Part shown: positions 49,142 to 63,596 of the stretch, piece by piece
How positions within the stretch are numbered: position 1 is the first letter of the stretch
Layout of the letters: the number at the start of each line of letters is the position of its first letter
NCBI GenBank assembly: GCA_902597515.1
Contig: CACJYB010000002.1
Coordinates: 5,065-69,064 of the forward strand
DNA length: 64,000 nt
From: an uncultured Pelagibacteraceae bacterium
Lineage (GTDB): Bacteria > Pseudomonadota > Alphaproteobacteria > Pelagibacterales > Pelagibacteraceae
Direction: 5' to 3'
Notes under the pieces: generated by a model
The model's database searches: none
Seen by the model: only the letters and a program-made list of their open reading frames with translations
What the model was told of the DNA's origin: nothing
Program-made: the position numbers and the translations under genes

Positions 49142-50209
49142 ATGTCAGAGATAAAAAATATTAGAGATCAGTTTATGTCAAAGCTTAAAGATGTTTTAAG
49201 CATTGATCAAATAAATGAAATCAAAACCGAGCTCTTTGGTAAAAATGGTGTAATTTCATCAAAATTTAAAACAATAGGGTCAATTCCAGAGACTGATAGA
49301 AAAAAATTTGCATCAGATTTAAATCAAGCTAAAGATGAACTTCAGAATTTGATAACTTCTAAAATTAGTGAGATAGAAGGAAAAAAAATAAACGATAAAT
49401 TAGAAAAGGAAAAAGTTGATATAACTTTACCTGAAAGACCATTCGTTAGAGGAAAAGTTCATCCGGTATCACAAACTATTGATGAAATTTCATCTATTTT
49501 CTCTGAAATAGGATTTAGTGTTGAGGAAGGCCCTGATGTTGAAAATGAATATAACAATTTTACTGCTTTAAACACACCTGACAATCATCCAGCAAGAGAT
49601 ATGCATGATACTTTTTACTTAGATGAAAATAAAGAGGTTTTGTTACGAACTCATACGTCACCAGTTCAAATCAGAACTATGCTAAAAGACAATCCACCAT
49701 TTAAGATCATTGCTCCTGGAAGAACATATCGATCTGATAGTGATCAAACACACGCACCAATGTTTCATCAAGTAGAAGGTTTGCATATTGACACAAATAT
49801 TAATATGGGGCATTTGAAAGGATGCTTGAATTATTTCATTAAAGAATTTTTTGAAGTCGAAAAAATTAAAATGAGATTTAGACCTAGTCATTTTCCATTC
49901 ACTGAACCATCTGCTGAAGTAGATATTGGTTATGAAATAAAAGATGGCAAAATAATTATCGGAGAAGGAGATAAGTGGCTTGAAATTTTAGGCTGTGGCA
50001 TGGTGCATCCTAATGTTTTAAAAAATGTAAAGGTAGATCCTTCTAAATATCAAGGATATGCTTTTGGAATAGGTATAGACCGATTAGCAATGCTTAAATA
50101 CGGCATTAATGATTTAAGAGCGTTTTTTGATTGTGACTATAGATGGCTAAATCATTTTGGTTTTGATCCACTTGATGTTCCTTCAAATTACAGAGGTTTA
50201 AGCAGATGA
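49142..50209 (+). CDS. pheS: Phenylalanine--tRNA ligase alpha subunit
   Basis: [33 protein letters not shown]. Confidence 0.98.
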   Translation: MSEIKNIRDQFMSKLKDVLSIDQINEIKTELFGKNGVISSKFKTIGSIPETDRKKFASDLNQAKDELQNLITSKISEIEGKKINDKLEKEKVDITLPERPFVRGKVHPVSQTIDEISSIFSEIGFSVEEGPDVENEYNNFTALNTPDNHPARDMHDTFYLDENKEVLLRTHTSPVQIRTMLKDNPPFKIIAPGRTYRSDSDQTHAPMFHQVEGLHIDTNINMGHLKGCLNYFIKEFFEVEKIKMRFRPSHFPFTEPSAEVDIGYEIKDGKIIIGEGDKWLEILGCGMVHPNVLKNVKVDPSKYQGYAFGIGIDRLAMLKYGINDLRAFFDCDYRWLNHFGFDPLDVPSNYRGLSR

Positions 50210-52614
50210 AGATTACATATGATTGGTTAAAAGACCATTTAAAAGTAAGTGCTAAAGAAGATAAACTTCTTGAGAAACTTACAGACATAGGTCTTGAGGT
50301 TGAGAGTATAGAAAATTTATCAGAAGGATTAGACTTATTTAAGGTAGCAAAAATTATAAAAACAGAAAAACATCCTAATGCAGACAGACTTAAAGTTTGT
50401 GATGTTGATGTTGGTAATAAAGAAATCAAAAAAGTTGTTTGTGGTGCTGCAAATGCAAGAGAGGGCCTACTTACTGTATATGCCCCACCAGGCGCAATAA
50501 TCCCAAAAAACAAAACTAAACTTGTTGTTGCTAAAATTAGAGACGTTACATCATATGGAATGCTCTGTTCTGAATCTGAATTGAATTTATCAGATGAAAG
50601 TGATGGAATTACGGAGCTGTCACCTTCCAAATATGCGAAAAATATTGGAAAAAGTTATTTTTCTAAATCAAGTTCTAATCTTATTGATTTATCAATTACA
50701 CCAAATAGACCAGACTGTCTTGGTGTTCGGGGGATAGCAAGAGATTTATCAGCTGCAGGTTTTGGAAACTTAAAAACAGAAAAAGATAAAAAAATTAAAT
50801 CTAATAAAAATCAAACCTTAAAAGTAAAGATAATAAAAGAAAAAAATCAAGGCTGTTTATCTTTTGGTAGTTGCTTGATAACTAACGTCAAAAATACAGA
50901 AAGCCCTCAATGGTTGAAAGATAAAATAATTTCTATAGGCCAAAAACCAATATCTGCAATCGTAGATATCACAAATTATGTCATGATTGATATTAATCGT
51001 CCTTTGCATGCATACGATGCTGACAAAATTGATAAGGGAATAATTGTTAGAAATTCAAAGTCAGGAGAAGAATTTACTGCTCTAGATAATAAAAATTATA
51101 AACTAGATGGTGGAATGTGTGTAATAAGTGATAACAAAGGCGTTTTAGGCCTAGGAGGAATTATTGGAGGAACAAGATCTGGTACAGAACTAGATACAAA
51201 AAATGTTTTACTAGAGTCAGCTTATTTTGATCCAAGATCAATCAGGAAAACTGCAAAAAAATTGAATATCGATACAGATGCTAAATTTAGATTTGAAAGA
51301 GGTATTGATCAGTTATCTATTGAAGAGGGATTAAATAAAGCAGCTTTTTTAGTCAAGGAAATTTGTGGTGGTGAAATTAGTAAAATAGATATTCAAAAAA
51401 TTGAATCTTATAAAAACAAAGTAATAAAATTTGAACCAAAAATGTTTGAAAAAGTTACTGGTTTTAAAATTTCAACCAAGGAAATGATAAACATTTTAGA
51501 AAAACTTGGTTTTAAATTAAAAAAAGAAAAAAAATTCTTTAAATTATCAGTTCCATCTTGGAGACCAGATATTGTACAAGAAATTGATATAGTTGAAGAG
51601 CTTGTAAGAATTAGCGGTTATGAAAAAATAAAAATAGAAAATCCTATTAAAGAAAGATCAAAAAATACTTTAAATCCAACTCAAAAGTTATTTCATTTTC
51701 TTCAAAGGGCAGTAGCATCCAAAGGGTATTTGGAAGCAATTACCTGGTCTTTTACAGACACTAAATATAATGATCATTTTAAAGAAGACGGTAAAGAAAT
51801 AAAAATTGTAAATCCAATTAGCTCTGAATTAGGAGTATTAAGAAACTCTATTTTTTCAAATTTAGTAATGTATATGAGCAAAAACTTAGATAGAGGAATA
51901 AAAGATTTATCAATATTTGAAATAGGGCCAATATTTTTTGGCTCACAACCCGGAGAACAGAATACAGTTGTTTGTGGTTTGTCCGCTGGAAAAAAATCTA
52001 GACTTTCATGGATTGAAAAAGAGAGGCATATTGATGTTTTTGACATTAAAAGAGATGTAATACAGACTTTAGTAGAAGCTGGTTATGATCCTGAAAAACT
52101 TTATATTGATGATGAAAGCCCCAATTATTATCATCCAGGAAAATCAGGAAGAGTTTTTTTAAATAAGGGAAAAGATAAGGTGGCTGCCTATTTTGGTGAA
52201 ATTCATCCAAACATTATCAAAATGCTAGATATTAAAACAGAGTCTTTAGTAGGTTTCGAAATATTTTTAGATAATTTAAAACTACCAAAAAAACCTTTAA
52301 AAGATCAAAAATCAAAATATTCAGTATCAGACTTTCAAAAATCTGAAAGAGATTTCGCATTTATTGTTGATAAAAAAATAAGTGTGCAAGATTTGGTGAG
52401 TGTAATTTCAAATATTGATAAAAATTTAATTTCAAACATTAAAGTATTCGATGTTTATGAGGGAGAAAATATTCCTGAAAATAAAAAATCAATTGCTATA
52501 AGTGTTACTATTCAATCATTTGAAAAAACTTTAACCGATATTGATTTGGAAAAAATTAATAAACTGATAATAGAAACAGTTGAAAATAAAACTGGTGCTA
52601 TAATTCGTTCCTAA
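50206..52614 (+). CDS. pheT: Phenylalanine--tRNA ligase beta subunit
   Basis: [31 protein letters not shown]. Confidence 0.98.
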   Translation: MKITYDWLKDHLKVSAKEDKLLEKLTDIGLEVESIENLSEGLDLFKVAKIIKTEKHPNADRLKVCDVDVGNKEIKKVVCGAANAREGLLTVYAPPGAIIPKNKTKLVVAKIRDVTSYGMLCSESELNLSDESDGITELSPSKYAKNIGKSYFSKSSSNLIDLSITPNRPDCLGVRGIARDLSAAGFGNLKTEKDKKIKSNKNQTLKVKIIKEKNQGCLSFGSCLITNVKNTESPQWLKDKIISIGQKPISAIVDITNYVMIDINRPLHAYDADKIDKGIIVRNSKSGEEFTALDNKNYKLDGGMCVISDNKGVLGLGGIIGGTRSGTELDTKNVLLESAYFDPRSIRKTAKKLNIDTDAKFRFERGIDQLSIEEGLNKAAFLVKEICGGEISKIDIQKIESYKNKVIKFEPKMFEKVTGFKISTKEMINILEKLGFKLKKEKKFFKLSVPSWRPDIVQEIDIVEELVRISGYEKIKIENPIKERSKNTLNPTQKLFHFLQRAVASKGYLEAITWSFTDTKYNDHFKEDGKEIKIVNPISSELGVLRNSIFSNLVMYMSKNLDRGIKDLSIFEIGPIFFGSQPGEQNTVVCGLSAGKKSRLSWIEKERHIDVFDIKRDVIQTLVEAGYDPEKLYIDDESPNYYHPGKSGRVFLNKGKDKVAAYFGEIHPNIIKMLDIKTESLVGFEIFLDNLKLPKKPLKDQKSKYSVSDFQKSERDFAFIVDKKISVQDLVSVISNIDKNLISNIKVFDVYEGENIPENKKSIAISVTIQSFEKTLTDIDLEKINKLIIETVENKTGAIIRS

Positions 52615-52622
52615 AAAAAATA

Positions 52623-54431
52623 ATGAGCACTATTGATAATATAAGAAATTTTGCAATTATTGCGCATATTGATCATGGAAAATCTACTATAGCTGATAGA
52701 ATTATTCATAGCTGTGGTGGATTAACTGAAAGAGAGATGAAAGCTCAAGTTTTAGACTCTATGGATATTGAACGTGAAAGAGGAATCACAATTAAAGCTC
52801 AAACAGTAAAACTAAATTACAAAGCTAAAAACGGAAAAAATTATATTTTAAATATAATTGATACCCCAGGCCATGTTGATTTTAGTTATGAAGTTAGTAG
52901 ATCTTTATATGCATGTGAGGGTTCAATTTTAATCGTAGATAGCACACAAGGTGTTGAAGCTCAGACTTTAGCGAACGTTTATCAAGCTTTAGACACTAAC
53001 CATGAGATAGTGCCAGTTTTAAATAAGGTTGATTTAGCTGCATCAGATTTAGATAGAACAAAAAAACAAATAGAAGAAGTGATAGGAATTGATACTGAAA
53101 ACGCAATTCCATGTTCAGGTAAAACTGGTGAAGGAATAGATGATATTTTAGAACAAATAATCACAACATTACCTGCACCAAAAGGGGAAAGCTCAGCAGA
53201 TCTAAAATGCTTATTGGTAGATAGCTGGTATGATACGTATCTGGGTGTAGTAATTTTAGTGAGAGTGATAGATGGCAAACTTTCAAAACATATGAAAATT
53301 AAAATGATGTCTACTAATCAAGAATATATTGTTGAAAAAGTTGGAGTTTTTACTCCAAAACCAGTGGATATAAATGAATTAAAAACAGGTGAAATTGGAT
53401 TTATTACAACAGGAATTAAAGTTCTGTCAGAAACAAAAGTAGGAGATACAATTTGTGATGCTTCAAAACCATTAGATGAAGCTTTACCTGGATTTAAACC
53501 AAGTAAACCAGTAGTTTTCTGCGGGTTATTTCCAGTAGATAGTTCTGAGTTTCAAAAACTTAAAGATGGTTTAGCAAAATTACAATTAAATGATGCAAGT
53601 TTCTCGTTTGAAGCTGAGTCATCATCTGCTTTAGGACTAGGTTTTAGATGTGGATTTTTAGGTTTGCTTCATTTGGAAATAGTGACAGAAAGACTAGAAA
53701 GAGAATTTGATGTTAATTTATTAACAACTACACCTGGTGTTGTTTATAAAGTTCACCTTAATAATGGAAACGTAATTGATCTTCAAAATCCATCAAGTTT
53801 ACCAGATCCAACTGTAGTAAAATATATTGAGGAGCCATGGATAAAAGCAACAATTATTACACCTGACCAATATTTAGGCTCAATTATTAAAATGTGCCAG
53901 GATAAAAGAGGAATTCAGACCAATTTAAGTTATTCAGGTAACAGAGCTGTAGTGAATTATGAGTTACCATTGAATGAAGTTGTTTTTGATTTTAATGATA
54001 GATTAAAATCAATGACTAGTGGATATGCTAGTTTTGATTATGAAATAATTGAACATAGAGAGGGAGATCTAGTTAGGTTAGGAATACTGGTTAATGGCGA
54101 ACCTGTTGATGCTTTAGCCATGATGATTCATAAAGATTTTGCTCAAAAGACTGGAAGAGAAGTTTGCGAAAAATTAAAAGATTTAATTCCTCGACATAAT
54201 TTTATGATCCCGGTTCAAGCTGCAATAGGAGGTAAAATAATTGCCAGAGAAACAATTAAAGGATTTAAAAAAGATGTTTTAACTAAAATTCACGGTGGTG
54301 GGGCAACCGATAGAAAAAGAAAACTTTTAGAAAAACAGAAAAAAGGAAAAGCAAGATCTAAACAATTTGGAAGAGTTGAGATCCCTCAAGAAGCTTTTAT
54401 AGGAGTATTAAAAATATCAAAAGAAAAATGA
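52623..54431 (+). CDS. lepA: Elongation factor 4
   Basis: [38 protein letters not shown]. Confidence 0.98.
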   Translation: MSTIDNIRNFAIIAHIDHGKSTIADRIIHSCGGLTEREMKAQVLDSMDIERERGITIKAQTVKLNYKAKNGKNYILNIIDTPGHVDFSYEVSRSLYACEGSILIVDSTQGVEAQTLANVYQALDTNHEIVPVLNKVDLAASDLDRTKKQIEEVIGIDTENAIPCSGKTGEGIDDILEQIITTLPAPKGESSADLKCLLVDSWYDTYLGVVILVRVIDGKLSKHMKIKMMSTNQEYIVEKVGVFTPKPVDINELKTGEIGFITTGIKVLSETKVGDTICDASKPLDEALPGFKPSKPVVFCGLFPVDSSEFQKLKDGLAKLQLNDASFSFEAESSSALGLGFRCGFLGLLHLEIVTERLEREFDVNLLTTTPGVVYKVHLNNGNVIDLQNPSSLPDPTVVKYIEEPWIKATIITPDQYLGSIIKMCQDKRGIQTNLSYSGNRAVVNYELPLNEVVFDFNDRLKSMTSGYASFDYEIIEHREGDLVRLGILVNGEPVDALAMMIHKDFAQKTGREVCEKLKDLIPRHNFMIPVQAAIGGKIIARETIKGFKKDVLTKIHGGGATDRKRKLLEKQKKGKARSKQFGRVEIPQEAFIGVLKISKEK

Positions 54432-55213
54432 AAAATTTTTTTTTAGTTATATTAATTATATCAAATTTTATTTTTATTTTTATTCAATTTAAAAAAAAAA
54501 TTAAAAATATTTTTTATAAAAAAAAAATAATAGAAACCGATGTAAACGAAATACATAATATATTTAAAACAATAAAAATTGACGAAATAACTCAAGCACC
54601 TAAAAAGGAAGCAATTATTAAATCTTTTTCCATTTCTGCTGAAAACAAAATAGTAGGAATGACCTCTGATTATGAAGCATGGATAATTGGATGTTTAAGT
54701 AAGGTAAGTAAGAATATTTTTGAATTTGGCACATGTAGTGGCAAAACAACATATATAATGGCTTTGAATTCATCTATTGATAGTAAAATTATAACTTTAA
54801 CTTTAGGTCCAAAAGAAGCTGAAGATCTTAGAATTGATAATGCTGACAATAAAGTCTCTTTTAGAAATATTATTAATGAAAGCATATACAAAAATTTTCT
54901 CTTCTCAGGCACGGAGCAAGAAAATAAAATTGAGGTAATTTTTAAAAACTCTTTAAAATTTGATGAAAAAATTTATGAAAAAACTTTTGACCTTATATTT
55001 ATTGATGGAGGTCACACATACAGTATTGTTAAAAATGACAGTGAAAAAGCATTTAAAATGATTAGAAAAAATGGAATAATTCTTTGGCACGACTATAACG
55101 TCGGCAAAACTTCATCTAAAGATGTAGTTAAATACATTAATCAAGTGTCTGAAAATAGAAAAATAAAAAAAATAAAAAATACTTCTCTGTGTTTTTATAA
55201 AGAGGAAGGTTAA
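54428..55213 (+). CDS. Class I SAM-dependent methyltransferase with N-terminal TM anchor
   Basis: [28 protein letters not shown]. Confidence 0.8.
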   Translation: MKNFFLVILIISNFIFIFIQFKKKIKNIFYKKKIIETDVNEIHNIFKTIKIDEITQAPKKEAIIKSFSISAENKIVGMTSDYEAWIIGCLSKVSKNIFEFGTCSGKTTYIMALNSSIDSKIITLTLGPKEAEDLRIDNADNKVSFRNIINESIYKNFLFSGTEQENKIEVIFKNSLKFDEKIYEKTFDLIFIDGGHTYSIVKNDSEKAFKMIRKNGIILWHDYNVGKTSSKDVVKYINQVSENRKIKKIKNTSLCFYKEEG

Positions 55214-55230
55214 TTAAATTATAAAATTAA

Positions 55231-56490
55231 ATGAAATTAAAAAAAGTAGTTTTTTTTGTATTTTTTGTTTCGGCCTGTTTTGTTTTAGCTTTAAAAATAG
55301 AAAAATATTTATATCAAGATAAGCTTGTAAAGATTTTTTTATTATCTTTTTTGGCATTTTTCTTCATTACTTGTTTTTTTTTGTATGAAAAATATAGCAA
55401 GTATCTAAAAATATTTTTTTTTAATTTTGTTATAATTATCTATTCATTAAATTTTCTTTTTGGATTTTATTTTTTAAATCATTCTATTGATAATCGTCAA
55501 AAACAGGAGTTAAAAAAATTAGGCATAAATTATGATTCAAGAACACAATTTGAATATATAAAAGATAGTTCAGATAAATTGTTTCCCATGATAACACCAA
55601 GAGAGATAATGCAAAAAGAGAATTTTTTAATTTTATCAAATATTTCAAATTCAAATTATGTTCAATGCAATGAATATGGTTATTGGAAATTGATTTCAAC
55701 TGACGAGTATGGGTTTAATAATAGTAATTTAAAAAAAAATTATAAGATACTCCTATCAGGAGATTCATTTGCACATGGTTTTTGTGTAGATGAAAATAAA
55801 GAGATTCACAAAATACTTATTTCAAAGGGCATTGATACCTATTCGATTGGTATTGCTGGAAATGGTCCTCTGATTTCATTATCATCAATGATTGAAATAA
55901 ATAAAAAAATAAATTTTGAGGAAATCTATTGGTTGATTTATAGAAACGATTTTTTTGATTTAAATTGGGAGCTAGAAAATAAATATTTAAAAAAATATCT
56001 TGATAGTGATTTTGGTGGATTTAATTATTTTGATAATCTTGAAGTAAAAAATTCTTATCAAGAAAACTTTATATCTAAAAACAAAAATCAAAAAAAAAAT
56101 TTTTCTTATAAAGAATCTTTTTTTGAGTTAAAATTTTTAAATGATATAATTAAAAAAATTTTTATAGGAAAAAATGAGTCAGAGTTGAATGATAAATATA
56201 TTAAGCAGATCTTAAAAGTATTTAGTATAAAATTTCCAAAAATTAAAAAAACTATAGTTTATTTACCAAGCTACAATTGTTTCGAAATTGAAATTTTATT
56301 ATGTAAAATGGAGTATGATTTATTAAATAAAATTTCAAATAATTTAAATATTAAAACTATTAATTTTAAAAATTATATTGATGACAAAAACTTTAGGAAA
56401 ATATTTGCTTTGGAATTAAATGGACTTCATTATTCTGATTTAGGATATTCAAAACTCGCGAATATTATTTATAATGAATATTTAGAGTGA
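55231..56490 (+). CDS. Membrane-anchored SGNH/GDSL-like hypothetical protein
   Basis: Three N-terminal TM helices, TDEYGF, GDSFAHG, C-terminal HYS..GY. Confidence 0.6.
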   Translation: MKLKKVVFFVFFVSACFVLALKIEKYLYQDKLVKIFLLSFLAFFFITCFFLYEKYSKYLKIFFFNFVIIIYSLNFLFGFYFLNHSIDNRQKQELKKLGINYDSRTQFEYIKDSSDKLFPMITPREIMQKENFLILSNISNSNYVQCNEYGYWKLISTDEYGFNNSNLKKNYKILLSGDSFAHGFCVDENKEIHKILISKGIDTYSIGIAGNGPLISLSSMIEINKKINFEEIYWLIYRNDFFDLNWELENKYLKKYLDSDFGGFNYFDNLEVKNSYQENFISKNKNQKKNFSYKESFFELKFLNDIIKKIFIGKNESELNDKYIKQILKVFSIKFPKIKKTIVYLPSYNCFEIEILLCKMEYDLLNKISNNLNIKTINFKNYIDDKNFRKIFALELNGLHYSDLGYSKLANIIYNEYLE

Positions 56491-56502
56491 AATTTATTAT
56501 TT

Positions 56503-56592
56503 GGAGAGGTGGCCGAGTGGTTGAAGGCGCACGCTTGGAAAGCGTGTAAAGGAGCAATTCTTTCATGGGTTCGAATCCCATTCTCTCCGCCA
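56503..56592 (+). tRNA. tRNA-Ser(GGA)
   Basis: GGAGAGG/TCTCTCC acceptor stem, CACGC-TT-GGA-AA-GCGTG, long variable arm, encoded CCA. Confidence 0.97.
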
Positions 56593-56653
56593 TTCAATAA
56601 GCTTTATTTTTCAAGGGTAATTTAGGCATTTTAGACTTTTTTTGTTAAGATAA

Positions 56654-58771
<2,118 letters not shown>

Positions 58772-58773
58772 AA

Positions 58774-60054
58774 ATGAAGTTCTTTGAAACTTCGAAATAT
58801 CATTCTTTTAAAAAATCAACTTATATAACCCTTAGATGGATTGGAATTATTGGACAACTAATTGCAGTAAATTTTGTATATTTGTTTTTAAATTCTAGTT
58901 TCGATTTTATTACTTCAAATTTAGTTATATTTTTAGGAATATTAAGTAATTTATATTTAATATTTATTTATAAAAAAACACAATTATCAGATAGATCTGC
59001 TTTTATCTTCCTGCTTATTGATATTTTGCAATTAGGTGTCCTTCTTTATTTCTCAGGGGGAATAACTAATCCATTTGTAATTTTTATATTAATACCAAGT
59101 GTTTTTTCTTCATCAAATTTAAGCTTAAGAACTAATACTTTGTTAGTAATTTTAACAATATGTATAATTGTATTTTTAACTTTTAATTATGAAGATTTGC
59201 CAATTAATTTAAATAGTGATTTTCATAACAATCATTATTTTTATTATTCCATCCCAGTTTCTTTGATTATCGCTTTAGTATTTTTAAATTATTTTGCAAT
59301 GACATTTGGCACACAATCTAGATTAAGAAAAGAGGCATTAGGAAAAATGGAAGAGGTAATGGCTAAAGAACATGAGCTTTTATCTTTAGGTGGTCAAGCT
59401 GCAGCAGCTGCACATTCTTTAGGCACACCACTTTCCACAATAACAATAATTGCACATGATTTAATGAAGCAATTTAAGGGGCAAAAAGATTTAGAAAAAG
59501 ATATAGAGTTATTGAATAGTCAAGTTGAGCGATGTAATGAAATTTTAAAGAGATTAACTTTAAATCCTGTGGAAGAGGATGAATTTATTGATAAAGATAT
59601 TAATATACGTGATTATTTGCATGAAATTATCTCATCATTTAAGGAAATAAGTAAAAAGGAATTTGTCTTCAATTTTGATCAAGACTCAAACCCAAAAAAA
59701 ATAAGTAAATCTATTGAAATAGTTTATGGATTAAGAAATTTCATAGGAAATGCGAATAAATTTGCCAAAAATTCTATTTTTATTAATTTAAAAAGCGATA
59801 GTGAGTTTACAGAAATTACAGTAGAAGATGATGGTAATGGTTATCCACGAGATATTATATCGAAAATTGGAGAACCATATTTAAAATCAAATTATTCAAA
59901 AGATAAGTCTAAAGAGGGTTTAGGACTAGGATTGTTTATTGGAAAAACTTTATTAGAAAAAAATTTTGCATCAGTCAATTGCAGAAATTCAAAAACTCGT
60001 GATGGTGCCGAAGTTGTTATTAGATGGAAGAATAAAGAATTATTTAATATTTAG
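58774..60054 (+). CDS. regB: RegB/PrrB/ActS-family redox sensor histidine kinase
   Basis: LRW start, GGITNPF quinone-binding motif, [13 protein letters not shown]-box, redox Cys in [14 protein letters not shown]. Confidence 0.9.
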   Translation: MKFFETSKYHSFKKSTYITLRWIGIIGQLIAVNFVYLFLNSSFDFITSNLVIFLGILSNLYLIFIYKKTQLSDRSAFIFLLIDILQLGVLLYFSGGITNPFVIFILIPSVFSSSNLSLRTNTLLVILTICIIVFLTFNYEDLPINLNSDFHNNHYFYYSIPVSLIIALVFLNYFAMTFGTQSRLRKEALGKMEEVMAKEHELLSLGGQAAAAAHSLGTPLSTITIIAHDLMKQFKGQKDLEKDIELLNSQVERCNEILKRLTLNPVEEDEFIDKDINIRDYLHEIISSFKEISKKEFVFNFDQDSNPKKISKSIEIVYGLRNFIGNANKFAKNSIFINLKSDSEFTEITVEDDGNGYPRDIISKIGEPYLKSNYSKDKSKEGLGLGLFIGKTLLEKNFASVNCRNSKTRDGAEVVIRWKNKELFNI

Positions 60055-61850
60055 TGATACTTGTTCCTTGTTTCAAATAAAGAGCTTAATTGAGATATCA
60101 TAACATCTCCTAATTCATTTACGTCGGTAATTTTGATAGCTTTATTATAATATCTTGAAACATCATGACCAATTCCTATAGCCAAAACTTCAATATCTGA
60201 TTTATTTTCAATAAACTTCACAATCTTTTTTAAATGTTTTTCTAAAAAGTCACCTGAATTTACAGAAAGAGTTGAGTCATCTACAGGCGCTCCATCAGAA
60301 ATAACCATTAATATTTTTCTTTCTTCTTTTCTCTTTTTAATTCTATTATAGGCCCATGATATAGCTTCTCCATCAATGTTCTCTTTGAGCAATCCTTCTT
60401 TTAGCATTAGTCCCAAATTATTTTTCGCTTGTCTCCAATGGGTATCTGCTCCTTTGTAAATTATATGTCTTAGATCATTCAATCTTCCTGGTGTTTTAGG
60501 TTTAGAATTTTTAGTCCATAATTCTCTACTCTGTCCACCCTTCCAATTTTTGGTTGTGAAGCCTAAAATTTCAACTTTAACAGAGCACCTTTCTAATGTT
60601 CTAGATAAGATATCTGCACAAATAGCTGCAATAGTAATTGGTCTTCCTCTCATAGATCCAGAATTATCTATAAGTAGAGTCACTACTGTATCTTTAAAAT
60701 CTAAATCTTTTTCTTTTTTAAAAGATAAAGAATTATAAGGGTCCATTATAATTCTTGGAAGTTTTGAGCTGTCTAATAGTCCCTCCTCTAAATCAAATTC
60801 CCATGCTCTATTTTGTTTTGCAAGTAATTGTCTTTGAAGTTTATTTGCAAGTTTTGTTATAATATCTTGAAAGCCGATTAATTGTTGATCTAAATTTTTT
60901 CTTAATTTTGTCGCTTCATCTGCATTTTCTAGATTTTCAGCTTTTACAACTTCATCAAACTGAGTTGTAAATATTTTATAATCTAAATTGATATTATCTA
61001 TTTTTTTTTGTGCTACTTGCTCAGAACTTTGCTCATCTGACTCTGTGTCCGACAGCTGTTCGTCAAAGTTAAATTCATCAACACTATAATCAGCATCTAG
61101 TGAAGCTTCTGATACATTTTCATCTTTTTCATCTTTATTATCTTCTTTGTCATTATTTTCATCTTCATTTGATGGATTATCTTGTCCTTGATCTTGATTT
61201 TCTTCTTTTCTTTCATCTTCATCTTCACTTTGAAAAATGTCCATTTCTTCCAATATTTCTGAAAACTTTGAACTATAAATGTTTTGATCTTCGAGATTCT
61301 TAAGTAAAAATTCTTTATGTTTTTCTATAGCTTCCTCAAAGTCTTTTTCCCAAAAATTAAGCATTTTTGTTGTTAGAGGATTTAGCTTAATTTTATGAAA
61401 ATTCTTAAGCATATATAGTTCGAATGCTTCTGATACAGATACATCCTCTTTAGTTTTTAATTGATCTTTGCGTTTACGGTTTATTATTTGATGATAATTT
61501 TCTTGAAAATTTTTCTCAATTCCTTTTAACATTTTTCCTCCGAGAGTCTCATAACGTATTTTTTCAGCTATATTATAAAGAGATCTAGAAGATGTATTTG
61601 AGGGAAGGTTTTTTTTGTAAATTGTTTCATTACAAAATTTTTTTTTCAAAGCAGAGGAGTCTGTTTCTGCACGTAATCTTATAAAATCAGCTGGACTAGT
61701 TAAATTATCAATCTCTAGAAAATTAAATTCTTTTATTTTTTTTTCTTCAGAATTTGTTTTTTTTACATCAAAATCATCAGCAATTACTTTTGCTGTAGAA
61801 GTTAAAGCAATTTTGAATTTTTCTTTTAAATTATTTTCTTTAGTGCTCAT
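60051..61850 (-). CDS. cobT: CobT-like vWA-domain protein
   Basis: [38 protein letters not shown]; acidic linker. Confidence 0.92.
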   Translation of the reverse strand: MSTKENNLKEKFKIALTSTAKVIADDFDVKKTNSEEKKIKEFNFLEIDNLTSPADFIRLRAETDSSALKKKFCNETIYKKNLPSNTSSRSLYNIAEKIRYETLGGKMLKGIEKNFQENYHQIINRKRKDQLKTKEDVSVSEAFELYMLKNFHKIKLNPLTTKMLNFWEKDFEEAIEKHKEFLLKNLEDQNIYSSKFSEILEEMDIFQSEDEDERKEENQDQGQDNPSNEDENNDKEDNKDEKDENVSEASLDADYSVDEFNFDEQLSDTESDEQSSEQVAQKKIDNINLDYKIFTTQFDEVVKAENLENADEATKLRKNLDQQLIGFQDIITKLANKLQRQLLAKQNRAWEFDLEEGLLDSSKLPRIIMDPYNSLSFKKEKDLDFKDTVVTLLIDNSGSMRGRPITIAAICADILSRTLERCSVKVEILGFTTKNWKGGQSRELWTKNSKPKTPGRLNDLRHIIYKGADTHWRQAKNNLGLMLKEGLLKENIDGEAISWAYNRIKKRKEERKILMVISDGAPVDDSTLSVNSGDFLEKHLKKIVKFIENKSDIEVLAIGIGHDVSRYYNKAIKITDVNELGDVMISQLSSLFETRNKYH

Positions 61851-62710
61851 TAGATTTGAATATTAATCAAAGATTCTGGCAACTCTTCACCAAAACATCT
61901 TTGATAATATTCTGCGATGGTATTTTTTTCAATATCATCACATTTATTAAGAAAAGTTACTCTAAAAGCGTAACCAGTGTCTTTAAATATCTCTGCATTT
62001 TCTGCCCAATGTAACACTGTTCTTGGGCTCATCACTGTTGAAATGTCTCCTGCGATAAATCCTTTACGCGTTAAAGATGCTACTTTTATCATGTTAGCAA
62101 CCTTTTCTTTTCCCTTTGCGTTATTTAAGTTTTTATTTTTAGACAAAACAATGTCCATTTCTCTATCTAGGCTAAGATAGTTTAAAGTTGTAACAATATT
62201 CCATCTATCCATCTGACCTTGGTTAATTTGCTGCGTACCATGATAAAGACCTGTCGTATCACCAAGTCCAACAGTATTTGAAGTAGCAAATAATCTAAAA
62301 AATTTATTTTGTTTAATTACTTTGTTTTTATCTAGTAATGTAAAATTTCCCTCAGCTTCTAAAACTCTTTGAATTACAAACATTACATCAGGTCTACCAG
62401 CATCATATTCATCAAACACAAGTGCAACTGGATTTTGTATAGACCATGGTAAAATTCCCTCGTTAAATTGAGTTACTTGTTTGCCATCTTTAAGTACAAT
62501 CGCATCTTTTCCAATCAAATCAATTCTACTTACATGACTATCTAAATTTACACGGATGCAAGGCCAATTCAATCTTGCAGCAATTTGCTCAATGTGAGTA
62601 GATTTACCAGTGCCATGATATCCTTGAACTAAAACTCTTTTATTATAAGCAAATCCTGAAATAATGGCTAAAGTAGTATCTCTATCGAATTTGTAGTTTT
62701 TATCAACCAT
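61850..62710 (-). pseudogene. cobS: CobS AAA+ ATPase, 5'-truncated at an inversion junction
   Basis: [26 protein letters not shown]; the usual N-terminal segment is replaced by antisense aroB sequence. Confidence 0.8.
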
Positions 62711-63330
62711 CGCTGGTTCTATCAGATATTCAATTGCTTAAATCTTTATCAAAAAGAGAAATAATTTGTGGATATGGAGAAATATTGAAGCATTCTTTAA
62801 TTGATAATAAAAAATTTTTTAGTTTCTTGAATAAAAATCTTAAAAAGATTTTAAGTCTTTCTTCTCCATTTATTGAAAAAGCAATTTATGAAAGTTGTAA
62901 AATTAAAAAAAAAGTAGTTGAAAAAGATGAAAAAGAAATAGCATTAAGAAAAGTATTAAATTTTGGCCATACATTTGCCCATGCTTATGAGGCAGGCTTA
63001 GGGTACAGCCATAAACTAAATCATGGTGAAGCCGTTATACTTGGAATGAAAACAGCACTGAGTTTTAGTTTTAAGGAAAAAATGCTTAGTAAAAGTGAAT
63101 ATAATTTAATTATAAATCATATTGATAATTCTGGTCTACCTTCTTCTATAAAAAAATATTTTTCTATCAGTGATTTAAATAAGATTTTGTCTTTTATGAT
63201 CAAAGATAAAAAAAATAATTCTGAAAAAATTAACTTAGTTTTGTTGAAAAAAATTGGTAAGCCAATTTTCAACAAACAATACTCCAAAAAAAAGTTAAAT
63301 TTATTTTTGAAAAAATTTTTAGCTAATTAA
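62692..63330 (+). pseudogene. aroB: 3-dehydroquinate synthase, C-terminal part only
   Basis: Frame reads [11 protein letters not shown]...GYGEILKH...LNFGHTFAHAYE...HGEAV...DKK; in-frame TAG at 62674, N-terminal NAD-binding half absent. Confidence 0.85.
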
Positions 63331-63579
63331 AATTTGGATTGAATGAATAAATTTTTTTAGCTCTTGATCTAAAATCTTATAAATTTTTTTATTACTTTCA
63401 ATTTTACTCATTTTTTTTAGTTCCTGAGAAACGATAATTAATTTTAAATGATATTTTCCTTCTTGATTTCCTTTATGATTTTTATGAAGGAAAGATTTAT
63501 CTTCAATATTTATACTTTCAATATTTATTTGATTTAATAATTTATTTTTTACAATTGTAATTAACTCATTTATATCCAT
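63319..63579 (-). CDS. bolA: BolA family protein
   Basis: DKSFLHKNH, HLKLIIVS, IY.IL..EL...IHSIQI. Confidence 0.85.
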   Translation of the reverse strand: MDINELITIVKNKLLNQINIESINIEDKSFLHKNHKGNQEGKYHLKLIIVSQELKKMSKIESNKKIYKILDQELKKFIHSIQILIS

Positions 63580-63596
63580 ATATGTTATTATATATC

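Noticed and set aside
61100-61230. Low-complexity TCATCT/TCTT repeats
   Set aside because: They encode the normal acidic linker of CobT
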